Source: Macrostomum hystrix (lineage: Eukaryota > Animalia > Platyhelminthes). Taken from it: a DNA stretch of 64,000 bases. Positions 12,401 to 23,552 of the stretch are shown here, piece after piece. The notes below the pieces were generated by a model. The model ran no database searches and was not told the origin of the DNA. It was given only the letters and a program-made list of their open reading frames with translations. How positions within the stretch are numbered: position 1 is the first letter of the stretch; each line of letters begins with the position of its first letter. The DNA lies in NCBI GenBank assembly GCA_950097015.1, contig CATNEN010000003.1:11966001-12030000 (forward strand), given 5' to 3'. The position numbers and the translations under genes are program-made.

Positions 12401-13796
12401 ATCTCTCCCCTGTCTTATCTCTCCCCTGTCTTATCTCTCCCCTGTCTTATCTCTCCCCTTGTCTTATCTCTCCCCTGTCTTATCTCTCCCCTGTCTTATC
12501 TCTCCCCTGTCTTATCTCTCCCCTGTCTTATCTCTCCCCTGTCTTATCTCTCCCCTGTCTTATTTCTCCCCTGTCTTATCTCTCCCCTGTCTTATCTCTC
12601 CCCTTGTCTTATCTCTCCCCTGTCTTATCTCTCCCCTGTCTTATTTCTCCCCTGTCTTATCTCTCCCCTGTCTTATCTCTCCCCTTGTCTTATCTCTCCC
12701 CTGTCTTGACTGTCTCGCGCAAAAAAATATTTTCGAAACGATTTCTGTTTACGTTATTTTTTGCAGTTTTGATTACGAGCGTAGCCCTTTGCGGAGCAAA
12801 GCAATTTGTAACAAAACCAGGCATGCATTACAGTCCGCCTCTAACCCAAACTAATCACAACCCAGCTGCGCGTGGTGCAGGTATTTAGAAGCACCTTGGA
12901 TAGTTTGGAACAAATCAAACAGAGCGAGCTGTTGAATCCAAAGCTGAACAAGCTGGCCCAGAGGAACCAACGTTCCAACACGCATCCGGAGGTATATGTT
13001 ATCGACTATAACAAAGAAGCTAGCCGTGTGCTGGCAGCCTCATCAGGTTTTTGAAGCTTTTTCCATCATCATGCAATAAGCAAACACTGTTGTGGAACCA
13101 CACACTATTGATGTAACCATATAGATTACACGGTGTTAAATAAGTCCTTATATCCACCTGTATTTAGAATTCGTCTTGCTTGTTTGAACTCTGGACTGGT
13201 CGATAAACTTATCTAGAAAGTTTCAAGACGGAAAGTGGTTTTTTAGGACATAATATGCTTCCAGCTAGCTCGCACATCATTGACGCACAAAGCAACCAAA
13301 AGTCAACAAAAGCACCACAGAAATCGGTCATTCAGTTTGGAAGATATCCCGAAGTAGCTAGGCAATGGGTATTTGAAATATCCCTGTGGTCTTTCTACTG
13401 TTAACAGTAGCTAACTAGATTTTTTGTAACCAAAATCGTCCCTTATTCGAGTTGCAAACACTGTCCGAGAAAAGACACGCTCATTTGTGACCTGCCTGAT
13501 GAAGTTTTGAATTAGTATATTAATGTGCAAACCGTCTATAATACCCAATAATCTTAACATGCACATTTTTTTAATTTACTATGCAAAAATGCTATCATGA
13601 GTCTCCATGACAACCTGCACCCAATCAGATGCGAGTTGCCAACGTTTTCCGTATGGGCCTGGTTGACGAAGACTTCGATAGACGCTCAACAACTGGCAGT
13701 GTGTCCTCGGCGCGACTGAACAACTTTCTGCGCAGCAACCCGTCGCTAAAGAACCTCGACGACAAGGAAGAAAAGAACTTCAATGATCGATTGTAA
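433..13796 (+). CDS. ATP2B: Plasma membrane Ca2+-transporting ATPase (P2B, PMCA); 5' exons lie upstream of the window. Exons ~433-816, 928-1101, 2906-3448, 3962-4071, 4168-4470, 5055-5474, 5549-5911, 6003-6216, 6306-6508, 6596-6703, 7157-7339, then 12866-12991 and/or 13629-13796
   Basis: P-type motifs [47 protein letters not shown]; PMCA-typical [24 protein letters not shown] and calmodulin-binding [13 protein letters not shown]; exons join in frame at GT-AG sites. Confidence 0.96.
1396..1437 (+). CDS. Candidate 42-nt cassette exon at PMCA splice site A
   Basis: gtgcag|...|gtactc, phase 1-1, open frame ([14 protein letters not shown]), first cytosolic loop. Confidence 0.45.
4554..4822 (+). 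mobile_element. tRNA-derived SINE family A (CORE-like)
   Basis: A-box-like gccttgtggttagagcg, B-box ggttcgattc, (ATT)n tail, flanking direct repeat ttggtgtc (4546-4553 and 4823-4830). Confidence 0.88.
6770..7012 (-). mobile_element. SINE family A, reverse, internally rearranged copy
   Basis: Reverse complement matches the head (tgtagcc...agagcgccggattcacgacttgaaggtcgggggttcgattcc) and body (gggtaattgagggtggatgtggcgtccccccagtccatggactg). Confidence 0.85.
8730..9213. repeat. 14/15-bp G-rich minisatellite (ggctgggg(g)tagaat)n
   Basis: Visible tandem array. Confidence 0.95.
9879..12707. repeat. 16-bp pyrimidine-rich satellite (tctcatctctcccgtg)n with a ~1.09-kb higher-order duplication
   Basis: Tandem array; degenerate block tgactcatctattcttgtctcacc occurs at ~11147 and ~12233. 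Confidence 0.97.
12866..13054 (+). CDS. PMCA alternative site-C exon ([11 protein letters not shown]...); internal donor after 12991 or read-through to stop at 13054
   Basis: cccag acceptor, phase 0, starts with xRVVxxFR, the second half of the CaM-binding domain. Confidence 0.75.
   Translation: MRVVQVFRSTLDSLEQIKQSELLNPKLNKLAQRNQRSNTHPEVYVIDYNKEASRVLAASSGF
13629..13796 (+). CDS. PMCA terminal site-C exon ([11 protein letters not shown]...FNDRL*)
   Basis: aatcag acceptor, phase 0, xRVxNxFR motif, 55 codons then TAA. Confidence 0.75.
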   Translation: MRVANVFRMGLVDEDFDRRSTTGSVSSARLNNFLRSNPSLKNLDDKEEKNFNDRL

Positions 13797-13935
13797 ACAT
13801 TGTGGAAAACTTTTTTCCTGCTGTTTATTGGCTGTGCTGAGGCTGTTTCACCAGAGTGCTTTTTTAAAGAAAATGTCGGCTTCTATAAAAATGTAAGTTT
13901 TTTTAATTGAAACACAACTTGAAGTAGATCTAGCT

Positions 13936-14583
13936 CAGGGGTAGGCAAACTTATTTGCTGGCGGGCCAAAGAGAGAACCAAAAAGACGACAGCGGGCCGC
14001 ATTAACTGTATAAATATGAGATAGGGGAGAGATGAGATTAGACACGGGAGAGATTAGACACGGGAGAGATTAGACACGGGAGAGATTAGACACGGGAGAG
14101 ATTAGACACGGGAGAGATTAGACACGGGAGAGATAAGACATGGGAGAAATTAGACACGGGAGAGATTAGACACGGGAGAAATTAGACACGGGAGAGATTA
14201 GACACGGGAGAGATTAGACACGGGAGAGATTAGACACGGGAGATATTAGACACGGGAGATATTAGACACGGGAGAGATTAGACACGGGAGATATTAGACA
14301 CGGGAGATATTAGACACGGGAGAGATTAGACACGGGAGAGATTAGACACGGGAGATATTAGACACGGGAGATATTAGACACGGGAGAGATTAGACACGGG
14401 AGAAATTAGACACGGGAGAGATTAGGCACGGGAGAGATTAGACACGGGAGAGATTAGACACGGGAGAGATTAGACACGGGAGAGATGAAACAGGACTCTG
14501 TAGATGTCAGAAGGGGCAACGGGCCGGATTTGGGAGCTTCGAGGGCCGCATCTGGCTCGCGGGCCGGAGTTTGCCGACCCCTG
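13936..14583. mobile_element. Non-autonomous hAT (Charlie-like) MITE with internal 16-bp tandem array
   Basis: TIRs caggggtaggcaaact / agtttgccgacccctg; 8-bp TSD atctagct / ctctagct; internal (gagattagacacggga)n ~14035-14487. Confidence 0.88.
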
Positions 14584-15719
14584 CTCTAGCTAAACTAATT
14601 GACTTTTATTTCTATCCACAATAAGTTTGAAACCAAACATGCATGCCATGATGCTGTAGAATTCAAAATTGCTGGTCATTTAAAGTTATGTGACCCAATA
14701 TTTTTTGAAAACGTGTTTCCAATAAAAAAGCAGCCCTTGTTTTAATTTCCTCGTTCCTGTATAATGTAAGAAATGCGTCTATTAAAAGCTATCATGAAAC
14801 CTGGATTGAAATTCTTCATTTCCTTTAATTAGAACCTCTGTGTTACCGAAACCAATATCTTTGTTTTGTCAACACCTGCGACTGTAGCACATCTTAGATA
14901 TGCGATTATTTTTAGCACCCTATATATATCCCATAACCATTGTCTGGTGATTTTTTCATGCAAAAACAACTATTTTTTTATTCTTTTTGTTGCGAACTCT
15001 GAATTTGAAAGGATTAAATAACTAGCCGAGATCATAGGGCCGAAAAAATTCCTTCGATTTTTAAGCTGAGTTAAGAAAATTACTTCGTGAAACTAAATAT
15101 TAATTAGTATTAGTATAGTGAGGCATTTTTCAATAGCATATCTCTACAATTTTCCTTAGATTTAGCATACTTGTCGGCCCCGATTGTTGTTTTTTGTTTC
15201 TGTCCTATTTTTCTGCGCAGAAAAATTAGACAAAAAACCTATTTTTTGTCAAACATGATTCGCTCCGTAGAGTTATACCCTCTTATGTAGTTTTTTCGTA
15301 GTTCTACTTCTAGAATTCTGGCCACAATTTTTTGTTCTTTGTTATTTTTCAATTATTTTTAAAATAAAACAACTCAAAAACCTGTCGAAATTCGATATTT
15401 AAGCCGTATTTTTCTGTAGCAATATGCTTGTCTTTCAGGTTTCTTTTATTCCTTTTTATTTCAAAGATAATAACAAACAGGACAGACGATTTGAAAATAA
15501 TTCAGCCGACAGTAAGGCAGAGTTTACTATTTTTTAAACAATAAAACACAATTTAAAACGAATTATATCTTTAAAGAACATTATACTTTGTGAAGACGGT
15601 GTTTTATATCTTCTCTCCTCTCTACCCCATTTTGTATGTTCGTGTTTCACGCGACTTTTAAGCTCTAACAGTATTTTTTCCTCTCCACCCCTGACTATTT
15701 ACCTTCTTAGCCAGCCTTG

Positions 15720-15902
15720 CCTCTGATTGGCTCAAAAAACCCACTGTCCTTCCTTACCCCTTCGGCCTCTGATTGGCTCATAAATCCCACTGTCCTTCCT
15801 TACCCCTTCGGCCTCTGATTGGCTCATAAATCCCACTGTCCTTCCTTACCCCTTCGGCCTCTGATTGGCTCATAAATCCCACTGTCCTTCCTTACCCCTT
15901 CG
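15720..15902. repeat. 46-bp tandem repeat x4, each with an inverted CCAAT (ctgattggct)
   Basis: Four visible units cctctgattggctcataaatcccactgtccttccttaccccttcgg. Confidence 0.92.
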
Positions 15903-16138
15903 TTATCTCTCGTTATCACTCGCTATAGCGAAGCCGATCTCTACTTTATGATGGGTTGTATGGCTAGGCTTGCTCAGACTGAGTAAATAATGCATGGTTT
16001 TTTAGGTCATATGCATTAATGCTCATGAAAAGCATGCTCTATTGGTATTATTATAAGGTTTAGCGGAAATCATTAATGACCACTATAAGTGTGTAATAAT
16101 ACAATGAAATTACTCGTTTTTGGTGTACATTTATTAGA

Positions 16139-16280
16139 TAATAATAATACGAGTACTAATAATAGCTGTAGGGCTGCGGGCAATGGTACATCATTTGGTG
16201 ACATTAGACCCGCAGCCAGTGGCGAAGCAATTCTGCCCATTTCGCTGACTCCTGAGCACACGCGCACACAGGCACACACT
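16139..16280 (-). mobile_element. SINE family B, 5'-truncated
   Basis: Tail plus the 3' ~120 bp match the other family B copies. Confidence 0.85.
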
Positions 16281-16653
16281 CTGTGCAGCTCTTATGCTCT
16301 ACTTGGCTCTTCCAAAGTCTGCGTACAGCTGTTCAGGCAATACGAATAGAACAAGTTTAATCTTTAGTAGCATTTTCAGCCAGCGATTGTATACAAAACT
16401 ATATATATTTGTTATTTGCGTTGTGAAGCAAGAGTACAAAGTAAATATTAAAATACGTAATACACTTCCTTGTGTACTAATAGTAGTTAGAGATAAATAT
16501 TTCTGTTGTATAAAGATCGACAAAAGACAGCGAAAAATCCGCCAATTTTCATTCTAGCTAAAAAGTTAAAAAATAATTCCTGCAGAGAAAGTAAATGATT
16601 CGGAGCAAGAATTACATCTGAAAATATCAAAGTGAAAAATCTACATTAATCAA

Positions 16654-19600
16654 TCAATCAAAATCATCCCTGTCATCATATCCCCGCCTGCTGAGCTGTG
16701 AGCCTCTCTTCTGTCTGCGAACGCTGCCTGCAATTTTCGGGTTTACAAGATCCCCAAGCTTAGGAGTTTTGTTTTACAAGATCTCAGTTTTGGATTTTCG
16801 AATTTACAAGATCCCAACTTGGGATTTCCAAATGTACAAATCCCTTGTTAGTGTTTTCGAATCTACAAAACCCTACGTTAATAATAATAATAATTGCAGG
16901 AGGGCTGCGGGCAATGGCACATCATTTAGTGACGCTAGACCCGCAGCCAGCGAGGAGGCAGTTCTGCCCATTTCGCTGACTCCTGAGCACACACGCACAC
17001 ATTCACTCACACAGGTGTGTACATCTGCCCTGACTTTCTCATCGTCCGACAGTGTACACTTCACTGTGCCTTGGAGGTTGGCCCTCAAGGGCGTAAATTG
17101 CACAAGCCCCCAGGCCTTCTCTCCGCGGCTGCGCCCCAAATAAATGTGGAATCGAACTTAGGGACCTTGGTGCGAGAGGCAAACGCGTTAGCCGCTCTGC
17201 CATCGAACCCCAAACCCATGTTTGTGCTTTCAAATCTGCAAAATCCCATGTTTATGTTTTCGAATGTGCAAAATCCCATGTTTATGTTTTCGAATGTGCA
17301 AAATCCCATGTTGGGGTTTCTCTGTCTATAAAAATCTAAATTTGTTAAAAATTGCTCAGAAATCTCACCTCTGGACTCCTCGACCATGCTCACAAAGTCT
17401 ACAGTCATCTTTCGCGTGAGCTTCTTGTCCATGCCGGCGGATTTGCCGGCCTTGTCAACCATGTCTTTAATCTCCTCCTGGCTCAAGTCGGTTAGCGCCA
17501 CCAGCTTGCCAAACAGTTGCTTTCGCTGCTCCTATCAATCAAATGAATAATTTTGGTGAATGTCCAGCATTGTCGAGATATTCAGCGATCCTTGTCGAAG
17601 ACCTCAGTGACAAGAACAATATTTCGGGAGATACAGAAAAAAAGCGTAATGGGGGGTATCTCAGTACCCCGTTGTCTCTCTACTGATTATAGAAACGAAA
17701 CCAGACTCACCTCTAGATCGGCCTGCAGCTCATCTTCCATCTCTCTGTCTAGAACCTCCTGCTTTTTGCGCAGCTCCATTCGCATCTCCTCGTTAATGTC
17801 CATCATGGAGTTCCTATACTTGGTGTCTAGCACTGAGTCCATGACGAACTTAGCCATGCGGCTGTGTTTGAGAAAAAGTTACATGAGTGTTTTATGAGCA
17901 TGAGCAAGAATGCGTAACGGAATGCCTGCATGAAAGGCTCGGTGGAAATGCTTTGCAGGCTTGTCTCACCCGTGCCCGCTGGCCCGCAGCGCCCTGGCGG
18001 CCTTCTCCTCTTCCTCGTCCACCTCCTCCTGCACTCTGTCGCGTTTGTCCAGCTTCCTGCGCTGCAGCTCCTCTGTCAGCTGCCTCTCCTGGTGACGCCG
18101 TTCGTGATCCAACTGTCTAGACATGGCCGCCACCTGGTTGTCGTAGGCCTGAAGCACTTGGTCCAGACCCTGGGCATCGCCAGGTCGCACGCGACCCTCA
18201 GTGTGCTTCTGCAGCTGAGACTCCAGCTCTTTGAGCATTTTCTCCTGGGCTGTGAGCACTCCGCGACGTCTAGCCCGGCCAGTCTGCAGCCGGCCAATCA
18301 CGGCGCTCATTTGGGCCTCCTGGGCGAGCAGGGCCACCTCAGTCTCGCGTGCCATCTCGTCGCGCAGTCTAGCCAAACCTTCGCGTTGTTCAACTTCGGC
18401 TTGTTTTTCATTTTCGTCCAGTTTTCTGGCCAGCTCGCCGTCCAGTTTGTCGATGTCGGCGCGCTTGTCATCGTCTATGGCTAGTCTGGCATCGTGTGCC
18501 TCTTTTTTTAGACGGGCGGCGTTCGCACGACGCTCGGCTAGCTTGGCTTCAAAGGTGGCTTCCTGCCTTCGACGGGTCAACTGTTTCAGGAGGGTTCGGG
18601 TGTGATTGAACCTGTGTGCTTTTAGATTAATTGCTACCTATTTTAGACACCAAGCAGATTTGGTTATTAGTTAAAAGTTTCTTCTGCAACACCTTTTTAA
18701 AATACTTTACAATTATTTAGTCCTTCATTTCCGGAAACCGCTCCTCGTTTCCTGACACCGTTCCTCTCTTCCTGACACTGTTCCTCATTTTCTGACACAT
18801 TCCTTTCTTCCTGACACAGTTCTTCATTTTCTGACACATTCCTTTCTTCCTGACACAGTTCCTCATTTTCTGACACATTCCTTTCTTCCTGACACTGTTC
18901 CTCATTTCCTGACACTGTAACTCATTTTCTGACACCGTTCCTCATTTACTAACACGTTCCTCAGTTCCTGACACCTTTCCACACTTTCTGACTACGTTCT
19001 TCTACGTGACAACGTGACACCTTTCCTAATTATCTGGCACTTCCTGATTTTCTGACACCGTTCCGCATTTTCTGATACCTGTCTTCAGTAGTTTATTACT
19101 AAAAGCGAGTTTTCAAGCATTGTAACGTACCTGCAGATTGTTCGCCACAGCCAGCATGTTCCTTTCGTACTCTTCGATAATCTGTCGTTTAGTGTTCTCG
19201 TCCAAATCGACCTGAAATACTAGCGCCTTGCGCAGCACAACCTCTTGGCCTTTCTTCAAACTGGCCAGCTCGGCCTCTTGAGCTTCGAGTGACGCTTCTG
19301 CTCGAGCTTGCCTCTCGCGCAGTTTCTCCTCCAGCCGCATGGCCTGTTGCTTATGCTCATTGCGCTTCTGTCCTGCGGCAATGCAGGCGAGTTTTAGGAT
19401 CGATTATTGCAAAAAAAGCACTTAAAAATAAGAATCTATTGATCAAAAAATTATCTCACTTCTAAACCGATCTGTTTGGCTTCGATGATCGGACAAGAGC
19501 CTCCTTAGTTCATCCTCAGAGGCAGCGACGCCCAGCTGTTTCAGCGTCTCCTCGTCCAGTTTGGCCTCCGCGTCGTCTTTCTCGCGTGCCAGTTCCCGTC

Positions 19601-22600
19601 TCAACTGGTCCAACTGTCTGCACTCTCCCTCGTCCAGCTCGTTAGTTGCGTCGTTGTTAACTCGATCGGTTTCAGCCAGCGCTCGCTCAAATTCTTCTAG
19701 AAAGTTGTCCGGATCAGTGACGGTGCCGGCGTCGACTTTGGCGGCCAGTTGACGCTGCGGCTGAGCGGATTCGGCGTTCGTCTCCGCGAGTTTTTTGCGT
19801 CGCTCTTCGAGTAGACGCAATCGCAGAGCTTCTCGTTGAGCCAGGTAGCCTGGTTTGAAAATGTAGACGTTGATTGGTGATTATTTTTAGATTGATACTT
19901 CGGGTGTCCCGAGGGTGAATGGCAGAGCGGGGGGTCTATCGCGTTTCCCTTTCGCAGCAAAGTCCCTGAACTCGATTCCGCAGTGAGGGTACATTTATGC
20001 TCTTAAGTGCCAGCCTCCACGGCACAGTGTACACTGCCTGAGATGGGAAAGTCAACACTGATGTTGACGTCAGCGGAATGGGCAGAACTGCCTCCTCGCT
20101 GGGTGCGGTTCAGGTGTCACCAAATGAAGTGCCATTGCGCACAGCCTTACTGCTAGTATTTTAAGTTATTTTCATTTTAATAATAAATTAATGTAATAAC
20201 TGTTGTTTTCATTATTATTAGGGTGTCCCACAATTGACCCAAAACGACTCACCAAGAGCTGAGATCTTAAAAAAGATCGTACGCACATCAAAACTAAGTG
20301 AACTCACTCTTCTCAAACGCTTCCTTCTGTTTGAGCAGCTCTCGTCTGTAATTGGCCAACGCCTGTTGGGCCTGGGCCTCCCCAAGCCGTTTGTCCGCCA
20401 CCATCTCGGCCAACTGTTTTCGTCGAGCCTCCAGTCGGGGCTCAAGATCGTAGACAACGTCGTCGTCGGCGTTTTTCTGATCAGCCAATCGACGTCGACG
20501 AGTCGCCAGCTTGTCCTGCAGCTGCTGAGCGGCTCGCCGACGTTGGTCGGCCAGTTTAGCTTCCAGGCGTGCTTCACAGTCTCGCAGTTCGGCCAGCAAT
20601 CTAGCATTGTCAGGGTGTGATTTTTTTCGACTAATACACCGCTCACTACGAGGCGTAGCTAGCTCACCTACCAGTACCAGTGATAATAAGCTACAAAGAC
20701 CACAAATAGTTAGCAGTACGTAACAATCGGCTTTCGTGGAACTTTGTCAGCTGATTTTCGCAGAAAAGTACAGTAGCGAAGTTTAAATATTTCACGATAT
20801 TAATCTTACTCGTAACTATCTTGCTCAAACTTATTGCAGCCTTGGTGTAAGGAAAAAACAGCAGAAACTTATTAAAAAGACATAGTACATGTTCAAGTTC
20901 ATACCTGTCGACATCTTCAGGTGCGATGCCCTCCTGTTTTCTGATGTCCTTCTCGAAGGCCACAAGCTCCTCCTGCAGCTTCTCGCCTAGTCGGGGTCCG
21001 TACTCAGCGTCGATAGCGTCAGTGGCCGTCTGCTTCTGCTCGGTTGTCAGCGCGTTGTTCTCAGCTACGGCGTCTCGCCTAGTCTTGAACTCGGCGTCAA
21101 CCAACGCCTTGGCCTCCTTGAGTCGGTTGGTCTGGCGCTGGCGAAGCTCGTCCCGTTTTCGATCGTCGATCAGGCGTTGCGAGAGCAGCAGATTCAACAG
21201 ACTGCCGCAGAGACCGGCCAGGCCGATGAGCCGATTGCGCCACAATTGAAGCTGGTCCAGCTGGGCTGCGCGCATCTCTTGACGGGCCAGTTGGAGCTCA
21301 CCGTCGGCTCTGCGATAAAAAATGTGCCGGTTTTAATTTCGAGTCCTTGCGTTTTCGGTTTCAACACAAGCGCTCACAGACAGCCCAAACAAGATATGAT
21401 ATTAGGGCTTCATAGAGAGGGGCGCCTCCTTTGATTTCTCATTGCGGAAGCCAACTTAAATTGGGGAGAGGAAAATTGGATTTTAGGAGATGGGAAATTG
21501 GATTTCAGAGAAACTTGGATTTGGGGAAACTTAGATTTCAAGGTGAGGGGAAACTTGCATTTTAAGGAAACTTGGATTTTGGGGGAACTTGGATTTTGGG
21601 GGAAATTTGGATTTGGGTTGAGGGAAACTTGGATTTCGGGTGAAGGAAGCTCGGATTTGGGAAGAATGAAACTTGGATTTGGGGTGATGGAAACTTGGAT
21701 TTGGGGTGATGGAAACTTGGATTTGGGGTGATGGAAACTTGGATTTGGGGTGATGGAAACTTGGATTTGGGGGGATGGAAACTTGGATTTGGGGTGATGG
21801 AAACTTGGATTTGGGGTGATGGAAACTTGGATTTGGGGTGATGGAAACTTGGATTTGGGGGGATGGAAACTTGGATTTGGGGTGATGGAAACTTGGATTT
21901 GGGGTGATGGAAACTTGGATTTGGGGTGAGGGAAACTTGGATTTGGGGTGATGGAAACTTGGATTTGGGGGGATGGAAACTTGGATTTGGGGGGATGGAA
22001 ACTTGGATTTGGGGTGATGGAAACTTGGATTTGGGGTGAGGGAAACTTGGATTTCGGGTGAGGGAAACTTGGATTTGGGGTGAGGGAAACTTGGATTTCG
22101 GGTGGGGGAAGCTCGGATTTGGGAAGAATGAAACTTGGATTTGGGGTGAGGGAAACTTGGATTTGGGGTGAGGGAAACTAATTGGATTTGGGGAGAAGGA
22201 AACTTGGATTTGGGGAGAAGGAAACTTGGATTTGGGGAGAATGAAACTTGGACTTCGGGTAAATTTGGATGACGGCGAAACTTGGATTTTGGGGCTTAAT
22301 TTTTTGGGATTTTTGATTTGTGGAGGCCTTAGATTTGGGAGGGGCAAACTCTTTATTTGTGTACAGCAGAAACTTAGATTCCCTCGCCCCTAGAAATAAA
22401 CTTGGAAACATGGATGTATTGAGGAGGACTTGGGTTTGGGGGAAGCTAACTCGGACTTGGCGGGATTGCACCTTGGCCACATGACTAAGCCTGTGCTACC
22501 CTAATACACATTTAAATGCAACTACTAAGGTAGTTTATCCTTACTCTGTTGTCTGCGTTATGGCGTCAATTAAAGCTAGTTCATCTCTGCCAACAGTGAA

Positions 22601-23552
22601 ATTGGCACCAGCCTCCAATAATTTGAGCTCAACCAGGATGTTGGCGGGATCGAGGAAGCCGATGCGCCTGCCGCCGCGCTGGCGGGACGAGTTCAAACGA
22701 GCGGAGCCGCGTCGGCGACCGCCGCCTCCTTCGACTTCATCGTCCGATTGCGGTGGTATCGCGCCCGTCTCCGGGTTTGTCTGCAGACAGTTGGTTATCG
22801 TGTCTAATCGTGTCTATCGTGTTTTTTATCGCTATGTACAATCAGTTAATGAATGGACCTACCTCCTTTTTTGCTTTTTCCAGTGGTCCTTTAGGATCTT
22901 CTAGACAGTTTAATCTATGAAATTGCTGCAAGGAATAAATAGAACCCAAATTGAATCCAGTGAACTCAAAATAATACTTCTGTTTGTTTATTGAAGCCAC
23001 GCTGACCTACCTCGAAGCAGCTTATTTCAGCTTGTTCGGAGTGCAATTTTTCCAGGCACATCATGTTGAACGATCTGTTTTTGAACTGTGGGAAGATGAT
23101 AGAGAAACATGTGCTAATTGACACCTGCACTTGCAGGTGTAATGTCATAAAGTCAACGTACCTTCATTTGGTAGTTTTTTTACTGATCATTAATTTAATT
23201 TTCAAGAAATGATTCAAATTAAAGAAGCAGAATTCTGCCATTTTAACATAGAATTATCTTTTTTTAAATGAGCTCAACAAATACAAAATACATATAGATA
23301 TGAAGTTTATCAAACAAAGAAAATCGAAGAAATTGTTGGCTTTATGCTAAGCATTTAGAGCGCTTAATAAAACAAATGCAATATCTTATTTAATATATAA
23401 CTTACACGTCGATAACAGAAGAAGATCCAGAAGCAAATAAAGCATGGTATAAGTGCCACAATAAAGCCAATGAAAAATCCTAGTGCCCCAAGGCCGCCAT
23501 CGACACTTCCAGCCGCGAGAGTCACTGTGTAGAATTCTGTACAGCTAGACAT
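16654..23552 (-). CDS. EVC: EVC-like (Ellis-van Creveld) protein, ~924 aa, N-terminal TM plus coiled coil. Exons 23552-23406, 22925-22863, 22780-22545, 21309-20905, 20600-20308, 19849-19460, 19372-19131, 18580-17970, 17861-17711, 17531-17369, 16727-16654
   Basis: 11 exons splice in frame at canonical sites; signal-anchor LGALGFFIGFIVALIPCFICFWIFFC; E/R/Q/L-rich helical tail visibly paralogous to the neighbour; size, topology and head-to-head position fit EVC. Confidence 0.78.
16880..17210 (-). mobile_element. tRNA-derived SINE family B, inserted in a degenerate 30-bp minisatellite
   Basis: Minus strand: tggcagagcgg (A-box), gttcgattcc (B-box), (ATT)n tail. Confidence 0.9.
18735..19080. repeat. 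19/20-bp (39-bp dimer) minisatellite (tttctgacac..ttcctcat)n
   Basis: Visible tandem array in an EVC intron. Confidence 0.9.
19910..20165 (+). mobile_element. SINE family B, diverged and internally deleted
   Basis: tggcagagcgg...ctcgattccgcagtgagg...aatgggcagaactgcctcctcgctgg. Confidence 0.8.
21465..22295. repeat. 22-bp G-rich minisatellite (ggaaacttggatttggggtgat)n
   Basis: Visible tandem array. Confidence 0.95.

Noticed and set aside
9764-12888. Long ORFs (up to 709 aa) of [15 protein letters not shown] repeats
   Set aside because: Translation of a stop-free 16-bp satellite, open in several frames, inside a PMCA intron.
17930-21434. Plus-strand ORFs overlapping EVC-like exons (also antisense ORFs over PMCA, gag-pol and EVC2)
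   Set aside because: Shadow ORFs of GC-rich coding sequence with no motifs of their own.
22966-23148. Possible extra EVC exon
   Set aside because: Phase-incompatible; exons 23552-23406 and 22925-22863 already join in frame.
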